The notes under the pieces are model-generated. The model was not told the origin of the DNA. It saw nothing but the letters and a program-made list of their open reading frames with translations, and searched no databases. A stretch of DNA of 64,000 nucleotides from the NCBI GenBank assembly GCA_964252035.1, contig OZ176214.1; one strand, written 5' to 3'. Shown here piece after piece: positions 36,598-53,485 of this stretch (position 1 is its first letter; each line of letters opens with the position of its first letter). Position numbers and translations under genes: made by a program. Source of the stretch: Podarcis erhardii. Taxonomy: Eukaryota.

Positions 36598-37099
36598 TAG
36601 TTGACTCCTCTCTTTGGATTAATCTGTATTTGTGCTGCTTTTGTCTGGAATTCTGTTGTTTTTGTTGTAATTTTATATTTATTAAGCAGTTGTTGTGTAA
36701 CCCACATGGGGACCACATGGTGGAGGGCAGGTAAAAAATGCTGGTCTGTATCTAATGTTAGGCATACACAGAGCATAGACCCATTGTAATTAATGGACAG
36801 GCCCATCGATTTCAGTAGGCCTACTCTCAGTTGGATGCAACTCCTTGTAAGGCATTTTGAATAAACAGATATAAATAAGAAATATTTTATATAAATATAC
36901 ATGATACACCTTATAAACATATTAATAGCAGCCTGGCCACCAGCAATCCCACACATCTGAAGCAAGAGGAAGTAACAGCTTGTGTGATGAAATGGGACGA
37001 GATCTGCACATGCTCAGAAACGCTCTCACGTGGCCTTCTTTCTTTAAAAAAAAATAAGCGGGGAGAAAAGTATGCTGCACCTTAGAATGAACTGAGGAG

Positions 37100-37450
37100 A
37101 AAGAATATGCAATTTAAAAGTGTGCAGCAGCGGGGTGGTTTTACCGTGAAGCGCTGTCCGCTTGCACAGTGGCCACGCTGAGGGCGGAGCTGCGGGTCGT
37201 CTAGCAACGGACCCGGGGGCGGGGCGTCGGTTTTTTTTATCTCACCCCTCTCTCTCGGCCTGCATCCATGGGGCCGGAGCCGGGCTCGCGGACGGCGCTG
37301 CTGGAGCTGAAGCCTGGAGGAAACCCGGAGGAAGGCAACTGGTGCGTTCTCGAGGCGGGGCATCAGTGCACGTGGGATGCAGTTTGAGGGAGTTGACGTG
37401 CAAAGAGAAACAGGGTGCGGGGAGGTCGGTTCTGAACTGAGGCGTGGGCC
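37100..37450 (+). promoter_or_regulatory. RABEPK: CpG island over the first coding exon of RABEPK
   Basis: CpG-rich; GC boxes gggcgg at ~37182 and ~37217; E-box cacgtg at ~37027. Confidence 0.6.
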
Positions 37451-40400
37451 CCCTGGATCCGCTTCAGCCTTACCTGGAAGGGACAGCCATCGATCAGGGA
37501 GTTCTCTCTCCTGTGCCCCCCAGCAGAGGGGAATAGCCTTTCAAAGGGAGTATTAACTTGCGGAAGATGACATGCAATATGCAGTCAAACTCTGCTTGCG
37601 GCCAGAGGCTTAAATTAATAATAGCCCTTACTTTACAAGATTCTGCCTCCGATATTTACTCCTGCCTCCGATTTCTTGCGCGCCATTCATTTCTGCTGTT
37701 GCTTTCCTAGGTTGAATTTTAGACCGTAGGCTCCGCGAGGCAGGGCCCTGATCTCCTGCAGCCCTGTCAAATGGTCTGCACGCATCAGTGAGAATTCTTG
37801 CATTACTGTACTAATGAAAATGCATTAAGTAAATACTTAAAAAAAGAAAGAATTACAGTATTGTGTTTTGTAAAGAAAAATCCAATAAAAGGGGGGAGAC
37901 AACACCTACAATGTTCTAATGCTGCTTTTGACAGGTTTTTATATTAATTGTATTGCCATGTTTATTTTATAGCCCATCTTTTATTCAAAGCTGCTCATGG
38001 TGGCCCTTATAGTTCTCTTTCTTCCCGCTTTATGCTCAAAACAACCCTGTGAGGTAGGTTAGGCTGAGAGTGAAGGGGCTGACTCTAGGACACCCAGTGA
38101 GCGTCATGGCTAAGTGCAGACTTGGAATTTTGTTTCCCAGACCCCTAGTCCAACACTCTAACACCACACTTACTGTACATTTTGAATTGTTGTGTGGGGT
38201 ATGGATCTTGTTTATCACTGTAGGGGGTGGCGACTCTGGTAATTTATATATTGGTAGTATTACCTTATGATTGTGTTGTGGCTCTTTCTTTTGAAATATG
38301 CAAACCTCAGTTAAAAACTAAATTTTAAAAATGTTGTGCACATCAACTTCCCCCAACCCTGATGCCCTCCAAATGGTTTAAAGAACAATTCTCGTTATCC
38401 TCAAAAGAACATGACTGTACATCAGGTTGTAGAAATCTGGTGTACCAGGGGGTGAGGATGCTATCCTGTATACTACTGTGTATTATTTATTCGTTTGCCT
38501 ATTATATTTATATCCCAGCTTTCTCCCAAGTTGAGATTCAACATTTTGAAGCAGCATTATAAAATACAAAGTAATAAAAACAAACTAGTTAGGAACAATA
38601 GTTTAAAATACACCAGAACACATTTGGAACCAGTAATTGAAATCCTGTTTGTCTTGACAACAGCCCAGTGGTCAGCATCGCCTGTACCTTAAGTTTCCAA
38701 AGGCCTGTCTGAACAGGAAGGCCTTAGCCTGCTGGTGGAAGGATAACAAAGAGGGAGCTCATCTAACCTCTCTTGGGAGGGAATCCTATCTAGGGGAGCA
38801 GCCACAGAAGGGGCTCTCTCTCCTGTCACCACCTAATGGGCTTCTGGTGTTGATGGGACAGAGAGAAGACAGTCTTTGCCAAGAAGGTGCATTTCAGATC
38901 TTCTGGATAACAACGACCCTGTTGGCTGGAGCTGATGGGAGTTGTAGTCCCCAATACCTGGAGGGCATCCATTTGGCAAACGCTGCATAGCATCTTCTGG
39001 TATGTGATCTCATGTAGGTAAAACAGCACCACTCACACACAACAGGCTTGGAAGAGCTTGAAGTTTTTCAAAAGTTTAAAACTAACTTTTTGGGGGGGGG
39101 GGAGTGATTGGACCCAGAGAGGGCAAAACAGCTCACTTAGGGTGAAATGTACACACTGAGCAAGGAATAATGACTGGCTTCTGAGAAGCAGGGAAGAGAA
39201 AATTTGGTGGTGGAATGGAGTATCCTGGAAGAGAGGCTGTCTGGCAGAGTCCATACTGCAACAGTTTGTTTCACTCTTGTATGAATAATAAGATTGGGGT
39301 ATTCACACTATTTTGCACATACGCCCTCAATAATCCATAGAACAGCCCAGCAAGGTTACCCAGCCTTGTTTTATCCCCATGTTGTAGATGGAGAGGCTGA
39401 GAATGACTTCCCTAAGACTCTCTGACTGAGTTCATAGCCCAGGGTTATCCTGGTTCCCGGCTCATCCTAGTAGCTACTACACCATTTATGCATGTTTGTT
39501 CAGTGGTGTTTACTCCTGGGTAAGTGTGCATAGATAGCATTGCAGGCTTAAAGAGACATGCTCCATCTTCTGCTCCACATGGAACAGCAGCCTTTCTGAG
39601 ATCCCTTTTGCTTATTTCTCCATGCCAGGTATGCCCTTCTCCTACCTGGGGACAGTCCCTGTGCCCGTGTGGGGCAGAATTCCTTGTACCTACCTCCTGC
39701 AGAGCCAGGCAGCAGGAAAGGGAAAGTCATCCTTGTTGGGGGAGCAGACCCGAGTGGCAGTTTTGCTGACTCCTACGTCATGGATCTTGGTAAGGGCTAG
39801 AGTGTCATTAGAGCAGGAAGGAAGCATGTGATATGTGGCAGAATTCAGCTTCTCAAGCAAACTGCTTTTGTTTTTTGTTTGTAAAAAAAAAAAAGCAGGT
39901 TCCTGGTCCTCATGGCTGCAATGCAGTAATTTTAGATCCTGGATTCATAGGGTTCTTTCTCCCTCTTTAGATGGCAATCTGTATTTCTTCACCAGGTTTC
40001 CAAATGTGGTAAATCCGCTCCACTTCCCAGTGGGGAAGAGTTGCAGTGGACCATGTGGCCACCCACTCCCTGGGGGGAGGGACACTTTGTCCCCCATAGC
40101 CCGGGGGGGGGGGATCCTGGCCACGTCAGAGCCCGGCCAGCCAATCCGCTGGCCGGTGGGGTGTAGCCGGGGACAGTTTAAACTGAGGAGTGAGCCGGAG
40201 GACTTCCTCTTGCATGGACAGGGCTCCCCCTACTGGTGGTTTACCCTTACCGGACTTACTGCACAGCGGGCAGGAGTCAGATATAGTCAATCAATGCCTA
40301 AGCCAATACCGCTCACATTCTGTAATTCAATAAAGTTGTGGCCAAATTTGCCCAATAACATAAACTTAATATCTCTGTCCTTGTGTGAGTTATTTTCCAA

Positions 40401-43400
40401 CGAGGGGGTGGCTGCGGGGTCTCGACACGCAAAGGAGCCCTGTGGCATTTTGGTGCCCTGGACTTCTTCCAAAAAGCTCTGCCCTGATGGTGCCATTGCC
40501 ATAGGGCCAAACTTGGCTCACCAATCCACTCCATTTGGCCCACCAGGCCATTTTGGGAAAGTCCTGCCCATCCACCCTTTAGGTAAAGGTAAAGGGACCC
40601 CTGACCATTAGGTCCAATCGTGACCGACTCTGGGGTTGCAGCGCTCATCTCGCTTTATTGGCCAAGGGAGCCGGCGTACAGCTTCCGGGTCATGTGGCCA
40701 GCATGACTAAGCCGCTTCTGGCGAACCAGAGCAGCGCACGGAAACGCCGTTTACCTTCCCGCCGGAGCGGTACCTATATATCTACTTGCACTTTGACGTG
40801 CTTTTGAACTGCTAGGTTGGCAGGAGCAGGCACCAAGCGACGGGAGCTCACCCCGTCGTGGGGATTCAAACCGCCAACCTTCTGATTGGCAAGTCCTAGG
40901 CTCTGTAGTTTAACGCACAGCGCCACCCGCCTCCCACCCTTTACCTGACAGCAATTGCAGAGAGTGCTGCTGATTTTAGGTCCTGCTTGTGGGCTTTGCA
41001 TTGGGGCATCTGGCTGGCCCCTGAGCAGGGGCAGACTATGGTAATCTTTGGTAATAAGGTGCGCTGAGTTATGACAAAATTTGGCACACCGAAATGGACC
41101 ATCTCAATTTGGCTCTCCTTTTTTGGTGCCCTATGTATGGGAAGCACCTACACTGCCCGAAATCAGGCACTGCTGTGAGAACAGGATGCTGAACTAGATG
41201 AGCCGCCTTTGGCCTGATCCCACTACCAGCTCTTACGTGTCTTTCTGGCTCCCAGATGCACACTGCTGGATGGCACCTGCCTGGCGGGGTCTCTTGCCGC
41301 GGTATGAGCATGCCACCTTCATTCCCACAAGTTGGCCCACGAGCCTCTGGGTGTTTGGAGGAGCCAGTGAAACTGGGAACAGGAATTGTGTGCAAGTTCT
41401 GGACCTCCGTGAGTATTAGTTATTTCCTTTTCATTTTATTACTTCTTGGAGTATTTTTTTTTTTTTAAGATTTCAAACATGCAGCTGTCCAATTTCTAAA
41501 TTCATTCATATCCAGTATATTTGCATCCCACTATCCCACCAAGGAGCTCAGAGCAGCAAATATAGCTCTCTTGAGAATGGTTATCCTCACAACAACCCAG
41601 TGAGGTAGGTTAAGCTAGGAGAGAGTGAGTGGTCCAAGTTCACTTGGCCTTAGTCAGGGGGTTGAACCCTAGTTTCTCAGGACTTAGTCCAACAATCTTA
41701 CCACTACACCACACTGGCTATCTGTTAGATGATGAAAATAACAATAAAATTCATTTCAGAGTGGTAGCTGAGTTATTGTACTGCAGCAAAAACAACAGTA
41801 TATTGTGTCACCTTCTATATCTAATAAATTTATTATGGCATCAGCTTTTGCTTCTTTAGATGCATGAAGTATTATCCTGAGTTACTGCACTGGTGGGTCA
41901 GAAGGTGGAATTGTGAGATCAGAAGGAAATAATATGTAGAGATTGTGATAATTGTGTTTTATCAGTGGCCATTGACATACACACAAAATAGTTGGTTTAT
42001 AACATCCTAACATCCAAGCCATTGGTCAGCAAACTGGCACATGTAATTTGATTTAAAACCCACAAAATGTTTCAATTCAGTCCCTAACTTATAGCACTAA
42101 ATCTCTTGAGGAACTACAGTTCAGTAGTTTCAAGTTCTAGTTTCTCTTTGACATTCCTTTGAATCAAAGTACCACTAACAAAACAAAACAAATTCCTTCC
42201 AGTAGCACCTTAAAGACCAACTAAGTCAGTTCTTGGTATGAGCTTTCGTGTGCATGCACACTTCTTCAGATAAGAAGAAGTGTGCATGCACACGAAAGCT
42301 CATACCAAGAACTGACTTAGTTGGTCTTTAAGGTGCTACTGGAAGGAATTTGTTTTGTTTTGACTATGGCAGACCAACACGGCTACCTATCTGTAACTGT
42401 AAAGTACCACTAAATTAGCCTTGCATTTAAGCACTTGCCTGGTAACCAAAGGGACTAGGAATTCCATTTCTTTCTTCCACATGTGACGTGTAATTTGCAC
42501 CCACCCTCTTTTTCTGTGCCTATAACTTACTTGTGTGCAATCCCCAATTTTTCAATATTGTAGCTTAGCTTACAAATATTTTTGTTTTCCATGTTAGAAG
42601 CTGGAACGTGGATGAGCCCTAAGGTGAGCGGCACTCCACCATCCCCTCGGACTTATCATACATCCTCAGCAGTGATTGGGGACCGTTTATATGTATTTGG
42701 AGGAGGTGATAAAGGGGTGGATCCAGTCAAAGACCAGCAGCTTCACATCTTTGACTCTGGTAAGCTTCCTCTGCTCCTGTGCAGATATTTCCCAAACCAA
42801 ATGTTTAGCTGATTCCCCTGGGCCTGGCAGCAGATGGAGCAAAGTAGGAGTTGAATCCTGTTAGTCCTACTTAGAGAAAACCCGTTGAAATGGATAAACA
42901 TGACTAATGTAGGCCTTTTAACCCTATGTGTGGGAAGCAGGGAGCAAGGCCCTTGAGGTAGCTGTTGCTTCATCTTAATACATTTATCTCTTGCCACCTG
43001 TAGCCACTTTGACATGGCTGCAACCAGAAGTTCGGGGCAACCCTCCTGCTCCTCGACATGGCCATGCCGTGGTGGCTGTCGAGAACAGGCTCTACATACA
43101 TGGCGGATTGGCTGGTGATACCTTTTTTGATGATCTCTTCTGCTTTGATACAAGTAAGTACTCAGTGGTGCAAACTTTGTGAAAAGGGATTATCTTCCCA
43201 CCTTGCCTTAAAAAAACAACAACCCATAGATCTTTAGTTTTTAGAAGCCACACATTATAAAGCCTTAAAGGCTAAGAATGTGAGAAATACTGTAGGATCC
43301 GGATTACAGTTTCCACCTGCAGGCTGTGTTACTACAGAATTGTGGTACAGCCTTAAGAGGTGGTGTGGGGTAGTGGGTAGCGTTTGACATGATCTAGGAA

Positions 43401-45806
43401 GACGAGGAATCAGATCCCCACTCAGATCTCTCTAGGTGACCTTAGGTTAGGCATAATCTCTCAGTCTAACCTACCGTGCAGGGTTGTGAGGATACAAGGG
43501 AGGAAAGGGGAGGATAACCATGTATGCTGCCATAAATTCCTTTATGGAAAGGCAGACATTAATGTGAAATATAAATTCTAAATACCATTTAGCCTTCCTT
43601 TGATTCCTATTTTACAGGCATTTCCCATCTGTTTGAGCCACCGCCCCCAATAATCTTTGCTGTCATTACAGCTAGAAACTTTAACTTTGAAGTTAACTGT
43701 CCCAAACTCTTTACCAAATTCATTTTCCTGTTGCAGAATCGCTGAATGTGCATGCAGCCCTGTTATGTGTGTTTCAAGCTCAATTTGCTTAAGCTTTGCA
43801 CCTGATGAGCACTGATGTGGATTGGTTTAATGTGCTTGCAGCTGAAATGAAGTGGGAGACCCTGTCGGCTACTGGATCTGTACCAGCAGGGCGGGCAGCC
43901 CACTCAGCAGTTGTGTTTCAGGGTCATTTGTATATATTTGGTGGAATGGACCCAACAGGAGCACTGGACACAATGTATAAATATCACATAGGTGGGTGCT
44001 TCTTATGATATCTTTGCTTAGCTTCCATCGGGAACATTATACAGTGGTGCCCCGCAAGACGAATGCCTCGCAAGATGAAAAACCCGCTAGACGAAAGGGT
44101 TTTCCGTTTTTCGAGGCGCTTTGCAAGACAAATTTCCCTATGGGCTTGCTTCACAAGACGAAAACGTCTTGCGAGTCTTTTCCCTCCCCCCCCTTTTTCT
44201 AAGTCGCTAAGCCGCTAATAGCCGCTAATAGCGCTAATCCGCTAATAGGGATGCTTTGCAAGACGAAAAAACCGCTAGAGGAAGAGACTCGCAGAACGGA
44301 TTATTTTCATCTTGCGAGGCACCACTGTACTGTGGAGTCCTCTTTGTGTATGTGCCATTGCCAGCAATTTTGAGATGGCAGCCCCAGCCATGTAACCTCC
44401 CCACATGACAACCTTATCTGAAGCTAGTAGTGGCTGAAGTTGATGGGTGTTGTAATCCAAAACAGAGAGTGCTTATGTGGCCTCTGATTATGTAGTGTGA
44501 CCCCCCCCCCCCGCCCCAGATTATAAACACAGTCACCACATACTAAAGGGAGTGGGAGTAGTAGATCGGAGGTCGTGCTCACCTGTTGCATGAAAAAGGT
44601 CCCAGGCTCAGTCCCTTGAGCCTGCAATTTTTAACAAGGTGGAGGAGGAGCATCAGGGAACAAGGGATATTGAAACAGATTTGCTTGCAATCCTGGAAAG
44701 TTGTGGTCAATTCAGAGTAGGCACACCTGGGCTCCGTGTGCAAAAGAAATCTGATATGGAATAAGGCAGCTTCATGTTTATCAAAAGCATCTATAGCTCA
44801 GTGAAAGAGGTGTTTTGCATGCAGAAAGGTCCCAGGTTTAATCCCAAATATTCTCCAGTTAAAAGTATCTTTTGCAGCAGGTGATAGGAAAGAGGCTTCT
44901 CTCTCTCCTATCTCACTAGTGGAAACCTTGAGGAGCTGCTCTCAGTATTAGGCAGCAGTGGGCTAGATCAGGAATAATAGTACGTAATTTATTATTTTTA
45001 CCCAACCCATCTGAACTTGTGGCTCTGCAATATGTTGCTGAACCCCCGCCCTTGGCCATGCTGGTTGGAGCTAATGGAAGTTAGGAATCCAACAGCATCT
45101 GGCAGGCCATGAGTTTCTTACTCCTGGTCTAGATGGGAATAGTTTGAAAGGTGCCCAAGAGCCGCTCAGTGTTTCAGTGTTCCTTAACACCCACAAGAGC
45201 CCTTCTGGTCTAAATAGCCCCACATACTGTTCTCAGTCAGGAACCTGCAAGCAGAAATTGTGCGAAACTGCAGTCTCCCCTTTTTGATTCCAAACAACTG
45301 GTTTGCCATATCCTCCAAGAATCTTTCTTTGCTGCTTTTAAAACCATACAGCTGGCAGCCATCACTATTCACGTGTATGTCACTTAAAATGTTAAGAGGG
45401 AAAAGAGATCCCCAATATTTCCACTCCCTGTAGAAGCTTCAGGTCTGATTTTCCAGCTCTCTTCAAGATTGACAAATAGTGATGCTTTAATTTACAAGCT
45501 GCTGCTGCTCCCCCCTCTTTTTTTGCATAGTTTTCTATTTATTTATTTTTAACTGCAGAAAAGGGACATTGGACAAAGTTGGAGTTTAAAACTCCTGTGC
45601 CTTCTGCTCGTCTGGACCAGTCTATGTGTGTTGTTCCGTGGAAAGTGACTTCCAGTGAGGACAGCAACAGGAAGGAAGGAGCTGGAGGCTCTAATGGAGA
45701 CAATCTATCTCAAGGCTGCCCAGATGAACACTTGTGCTTAGTGTTTGGTGGAATGGATATTAAAGGGGAAATCTACAAAGACAGTGCTGTAACTCTTCTT
45801 AAGTAA
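37268..45806 (+). CDS. RABEPK: Rab9 effector protein with kelch motifs (p40); join(37268..37341,39629..39789,41256..41408,42598..42759,43004..43153,43842..43991,45559..45806), 365 aa
   Basis: Kelch repeats: PGDSPCARVG, GLLPRYEHATF, PPSPRTYHTSS, PPAPRHGHAVV, GRAAHSAV, RLDQSMC, each followed by GG motifs; ends CLVFGGM...VTLLK*. Phases consistent, GT-AG introns, 1098 nt total. It lies between PPP6C and HSPA5 as in mammals. The start codon is inferred from the first in-frame ATG upstream of LLELKPGGNPEEGNW. Confidence 0.93.
40005..40427 (+). mobile_element. Possible solo LTR in RABEPK intron 2
   Basis: TG...CA candidate ends, CCAAT, tttaaa TATA-like and AATAAA in order, CpG-rich relative to its flanks; no convincing TSD. 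Confidence 0.4.
40582..40933 (-). mobile_element. Full-length Sauria SINE
   Basis: 10-bp TSD ccacccttta (40572-40581, 40934-40943); (ACCTTT)n tail; tRNA-like head. Confidence 0.9.
42179..42400. mobile_element. Penelope-like retroelement terminal fragment with inverted duplication
   Basis: Perfect 89-bp inverted repeat (42179-42267 / 42274-42362), a 38-nt unique tail, and a 13-bp TSD aaagtaccactaa (42166-42178, 42401-42413). The sequence gtagcaccttaaagac...agctttcg...cttcttcaga resembles reptile Penelope/Neptune termini as I recall them. Confidence 0.8.
42237..42272 (-). ncRNA. Minimal type I hammerhead ribozyme motif within the Penelope-like element
   Basis: Minus strand reads UAU-CUGAAGA-A-GUGUGCAUGCACAC-GAAA-GC-UC^AUA: catalytic core, palindromic helix II, AGCU in place of helix III, and a 3-bp helix I. 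Activity untested. Confidence 0.65.
44042..44327. mobile_element. Tc1/mariner-type MITE (cagtggtgcctcgcaagacg family), in RABEPK intron 6
   Basis: TA-flanked TIRs; reverse orientation relative to the 14820 copy. Confidence 0.88.
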
Positions 45807-45815
45807 AATGTTTTA

Positions 45816-45821
45816 AATAAA
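45816..45821 (+). terminator. RABEPK: Candidate poly(A) signal AATAAA for RABEPK
   Basis: AATAAA 9 nt after the stop codon; a second AATAAA at ~45979. Confidence 0.45.
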
Positions 45822-46992
45822 TGTTTAATAATCTAAATCTGCCTCCCTCCTTGTAATGCAAGACAATCCACATTTTGTGCCGGAGGACTACAAATTAAGT
45901 GTGTGCGCATATTTCTGCCTCTTGAAAGTTTCAGTGTGTCCAGTGGCTGGAATGGCTGGGAAAGGAAGGGGAGTGTTTAATAAAATACAAGTGAGTTGCC
46001 CTCCTTTAATCAAATTTGGGTGGTTGACTGCTTCATATTACTACCATGGAAGTGAAATAAGACCCTCAGAAAATGAAATGTGTAGTTTCTACAGGCACTG
46101 AACCCCAAATGGTGCTCTCTTGCCAACAATGGGATGAATCAGGATGTGTTAGAAGAAGCTAATAAGGATTAGTGCTGGAGGGTTCAGGATTGGACAATTT
46201 CCCATATAACAGATTTACTGCACTGAAACAGTTCAGTACAGATAGGAAAGTACCATTAACTCCTAAGGGCACACAGCTTTTGCCAGCAATGGGCAGCAGA
46301 TTGTAATTAACACAGGTTATTGGCCAAGTGGTTTCATTGCATTAGCTTATGTTGATTAAAGAGCCAGACAGCTTGAATATTAAATAAGCAACACATCATG
46401 GCTCTCAGAGTTAGTTATGGTTAACTAAAATAGTAGATGGGCTGCTTCTTGTGTGATCAAGCAAACTGCAGAGTTGAGCAGCTGATAAAGCTAGGGATTA
46501 ATTTATCCAAAATCATCTCCTTTGTGCGCTTGGTCCAGCCCTTAGCTTCTCTCTTGTATATTTCTGGGCCGGAAATTACTTAAAATTATTCAGAGATCCA
46601 ACTTGAGGTATTCTGACCTGGCACAATAATGCATACGTACTCTGAGCTCATTTACACATCACTTTTCATCTAGAAACAAAACATGTAAACATTAAGGACC
46701 ACTAGATGACCCTGAGGTATCTTGTAACTGTAACAATTCTGATTCTAATGTTTCTGTGGCTTGTCCAAATATGCCAAGTCATCACCCAATGGCCTGTTAC
46801 CACCTAGCAGACATGCATGGGAATAATTCTTCGCCCAATTGTATTCTGCTCTGAGGAAGTTGGTGTCTGAGGGGGTCAGACCCAAGAAGCATGCAGACAG
46901 AACCATAGCTCTGGTCCTGGTGTGTTCTTAGTTCCTATAAGCATTTTGTGTTACAAAGATCAAATAGACCCAGATCCAGTGTAAGTAACAAA

Positions 46993-46998
46993 TTTATT
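46993..46998 (-). terminator. HSPA5: Poly(A) signal AATAAA for HSPA5
   Basis: tttatt on the plus strand about 290 nt past the stop codon. Confidence 0.7.
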
Positions 46999-47285
46999 GT
47001 TGTCACTTGTGGAGGGTAGAAAAGTTCTCCACATAACACACACAACCCAACTTGTTAAATAGAATGGTTTCAATACTTCACCCGCTCCCCGTGTCAGGTT
47101 GCCCACCCCCCTGCTGGACATTTATCAACTGCTAACGAAAAGCAGTATACAGCCACTTTTGGGCTAGCATTTCCAACTCCACCCAATGTGAAGATTCAGA
47201 TCACATTCCAAATCTAGAGTTCAAATAGTTTAAACAAAAGTTCAAAGTCCAATATTTACAGCATCAACATCTAGGAAACTGATGT

Positions 47286-52180
<4,895 letters not shown>

Positions 52181-53367
52181 TCTGCCCTTGTACCAAGTAT
52201 TCACAGTAAGAGAAAAACCCTGTAATAAGCAAAATTAATCATCAGTGGCAATACTATGAGCAAAAAGACAATACCATGATGCCCATTTAACAGAAATGGG
52301 GGCAGATTTAGAGAGTAAGTATTACTGGTCCCACATATCCTTAGCAAAGGCTGGGAGGGCCAATCAGGACTAGAGGCTACCAAGACCCACAGCCTGCAAA
52401 CATGCAGGCAGCTCAAAGAGAACACCCCACCCCAAATCCTATACAAAGGAGGCCCAGGAAACTTTTCTGTTCAAGGAAAAGGCAGCCAAGGGGTTGAGAA
52501 AATATGTAGCTGTCGTGATACTTAACATGAATGTGAACCCACATACTGTGCTAAATTCTACAGACATTCATTGAGAAAAATCATGTGGAAAGGCAGTGTG
52601 TAAAAGCTGCAAAACCGAACACATCAAAAAAGGGCTACCAACCTCTTAACTTTAGTTCAGACAATCCCATCGTTAAAGGCAAAGAGTAAATTGGTAATCC
52701 AGTGCCAGAGATAGCCTGCTCCCCCCTCCCATTTTTTGGTATACGAAGCCACTGTAAAACGAGTAGCCGCAAATCAAATAATTAACATTGTTCACTACAA
52801 CCACAGCTGTTTTGCCTTCACCCATTCTCATAAGAAAGCCATCATAAAAAGTGGGAGAAGGGAGTAGTCGCTGTACCCACCACCAGAAACCCAGCCATTA
52901 CCATTTACCCCAAACCGGTAAAGGTTATCAATATACAAAACCAACACCATACAGAGACGTCTAGCAAGTTCTGCTTTTTGCATAAATCCCCTCTCCCCGA
53001 TAAGGAGCAAGGGGAACGAAAAAGAATACCCCGCACAAACCTCTGTTCCTATTCTGCGATATAAACCCCTTTTATTCATTCATTCATGCATGCCAAATAC
53101 TGTTATCATTGCAATCGCCACCCCACCACCACCAAGGGGAATATGGAACTGGCAGGAAATGGGAATAAAAATGGCGCGCTTTGGACCGTGAGCCGCAATA
53201 GGATTTTTCTCAATGGGAACCTGGATAACTGAGAACGAAGTGGCATTTTGAGGGCAAGGGGGACCCCACAAGGCCCGATAGATTTGGAGACGCCGCCCTC
53301 CCCTTCTCGTTAGGCCCCGGCCCCCGCCCCCTCCTCCGCTCAAGCACTAGGCCACCCCGAGCCTTAC

Positions 53368-53460
53368 CTGTATTAGGTAACAGGACCTCGCGGTCGCCTC
53401 ACGCTCTATCCGACGAACGCAACGATCTGAAGTGCGATTTTCTCACTCTAAGATCACGGT
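53368..53460 (-). other. HSPA5: Probable non-coding first exon of HSPA5
   Basis: TATA box ~26-32 nt upstream; consensus donor CAG|GTAAGG at 53368/53367; no ATG in the exon; candidate acceptor ...tacaAG at ~52187, just before the ATG. TSS estimated from the TATA position. Confidence 0.7.
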
Positions 53461-53485
53461 CTGGCCCAGAGGTCCCCCTCTGCTC

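Noticed and set aside
39835-40611. 258-aa ORF, the longest unexplained one
   Set aside because: It has no family resemblance and spans an LTR-like segment into a SINE tail; stop-poor because of GC content.
41408-42598. Apparent frame or splice problem at the RABEPK exon 3/4 junction (C|AA)
   Set aside because: The junction gives Gln in frame, with normal GT-AG sites and expected exon sizes.
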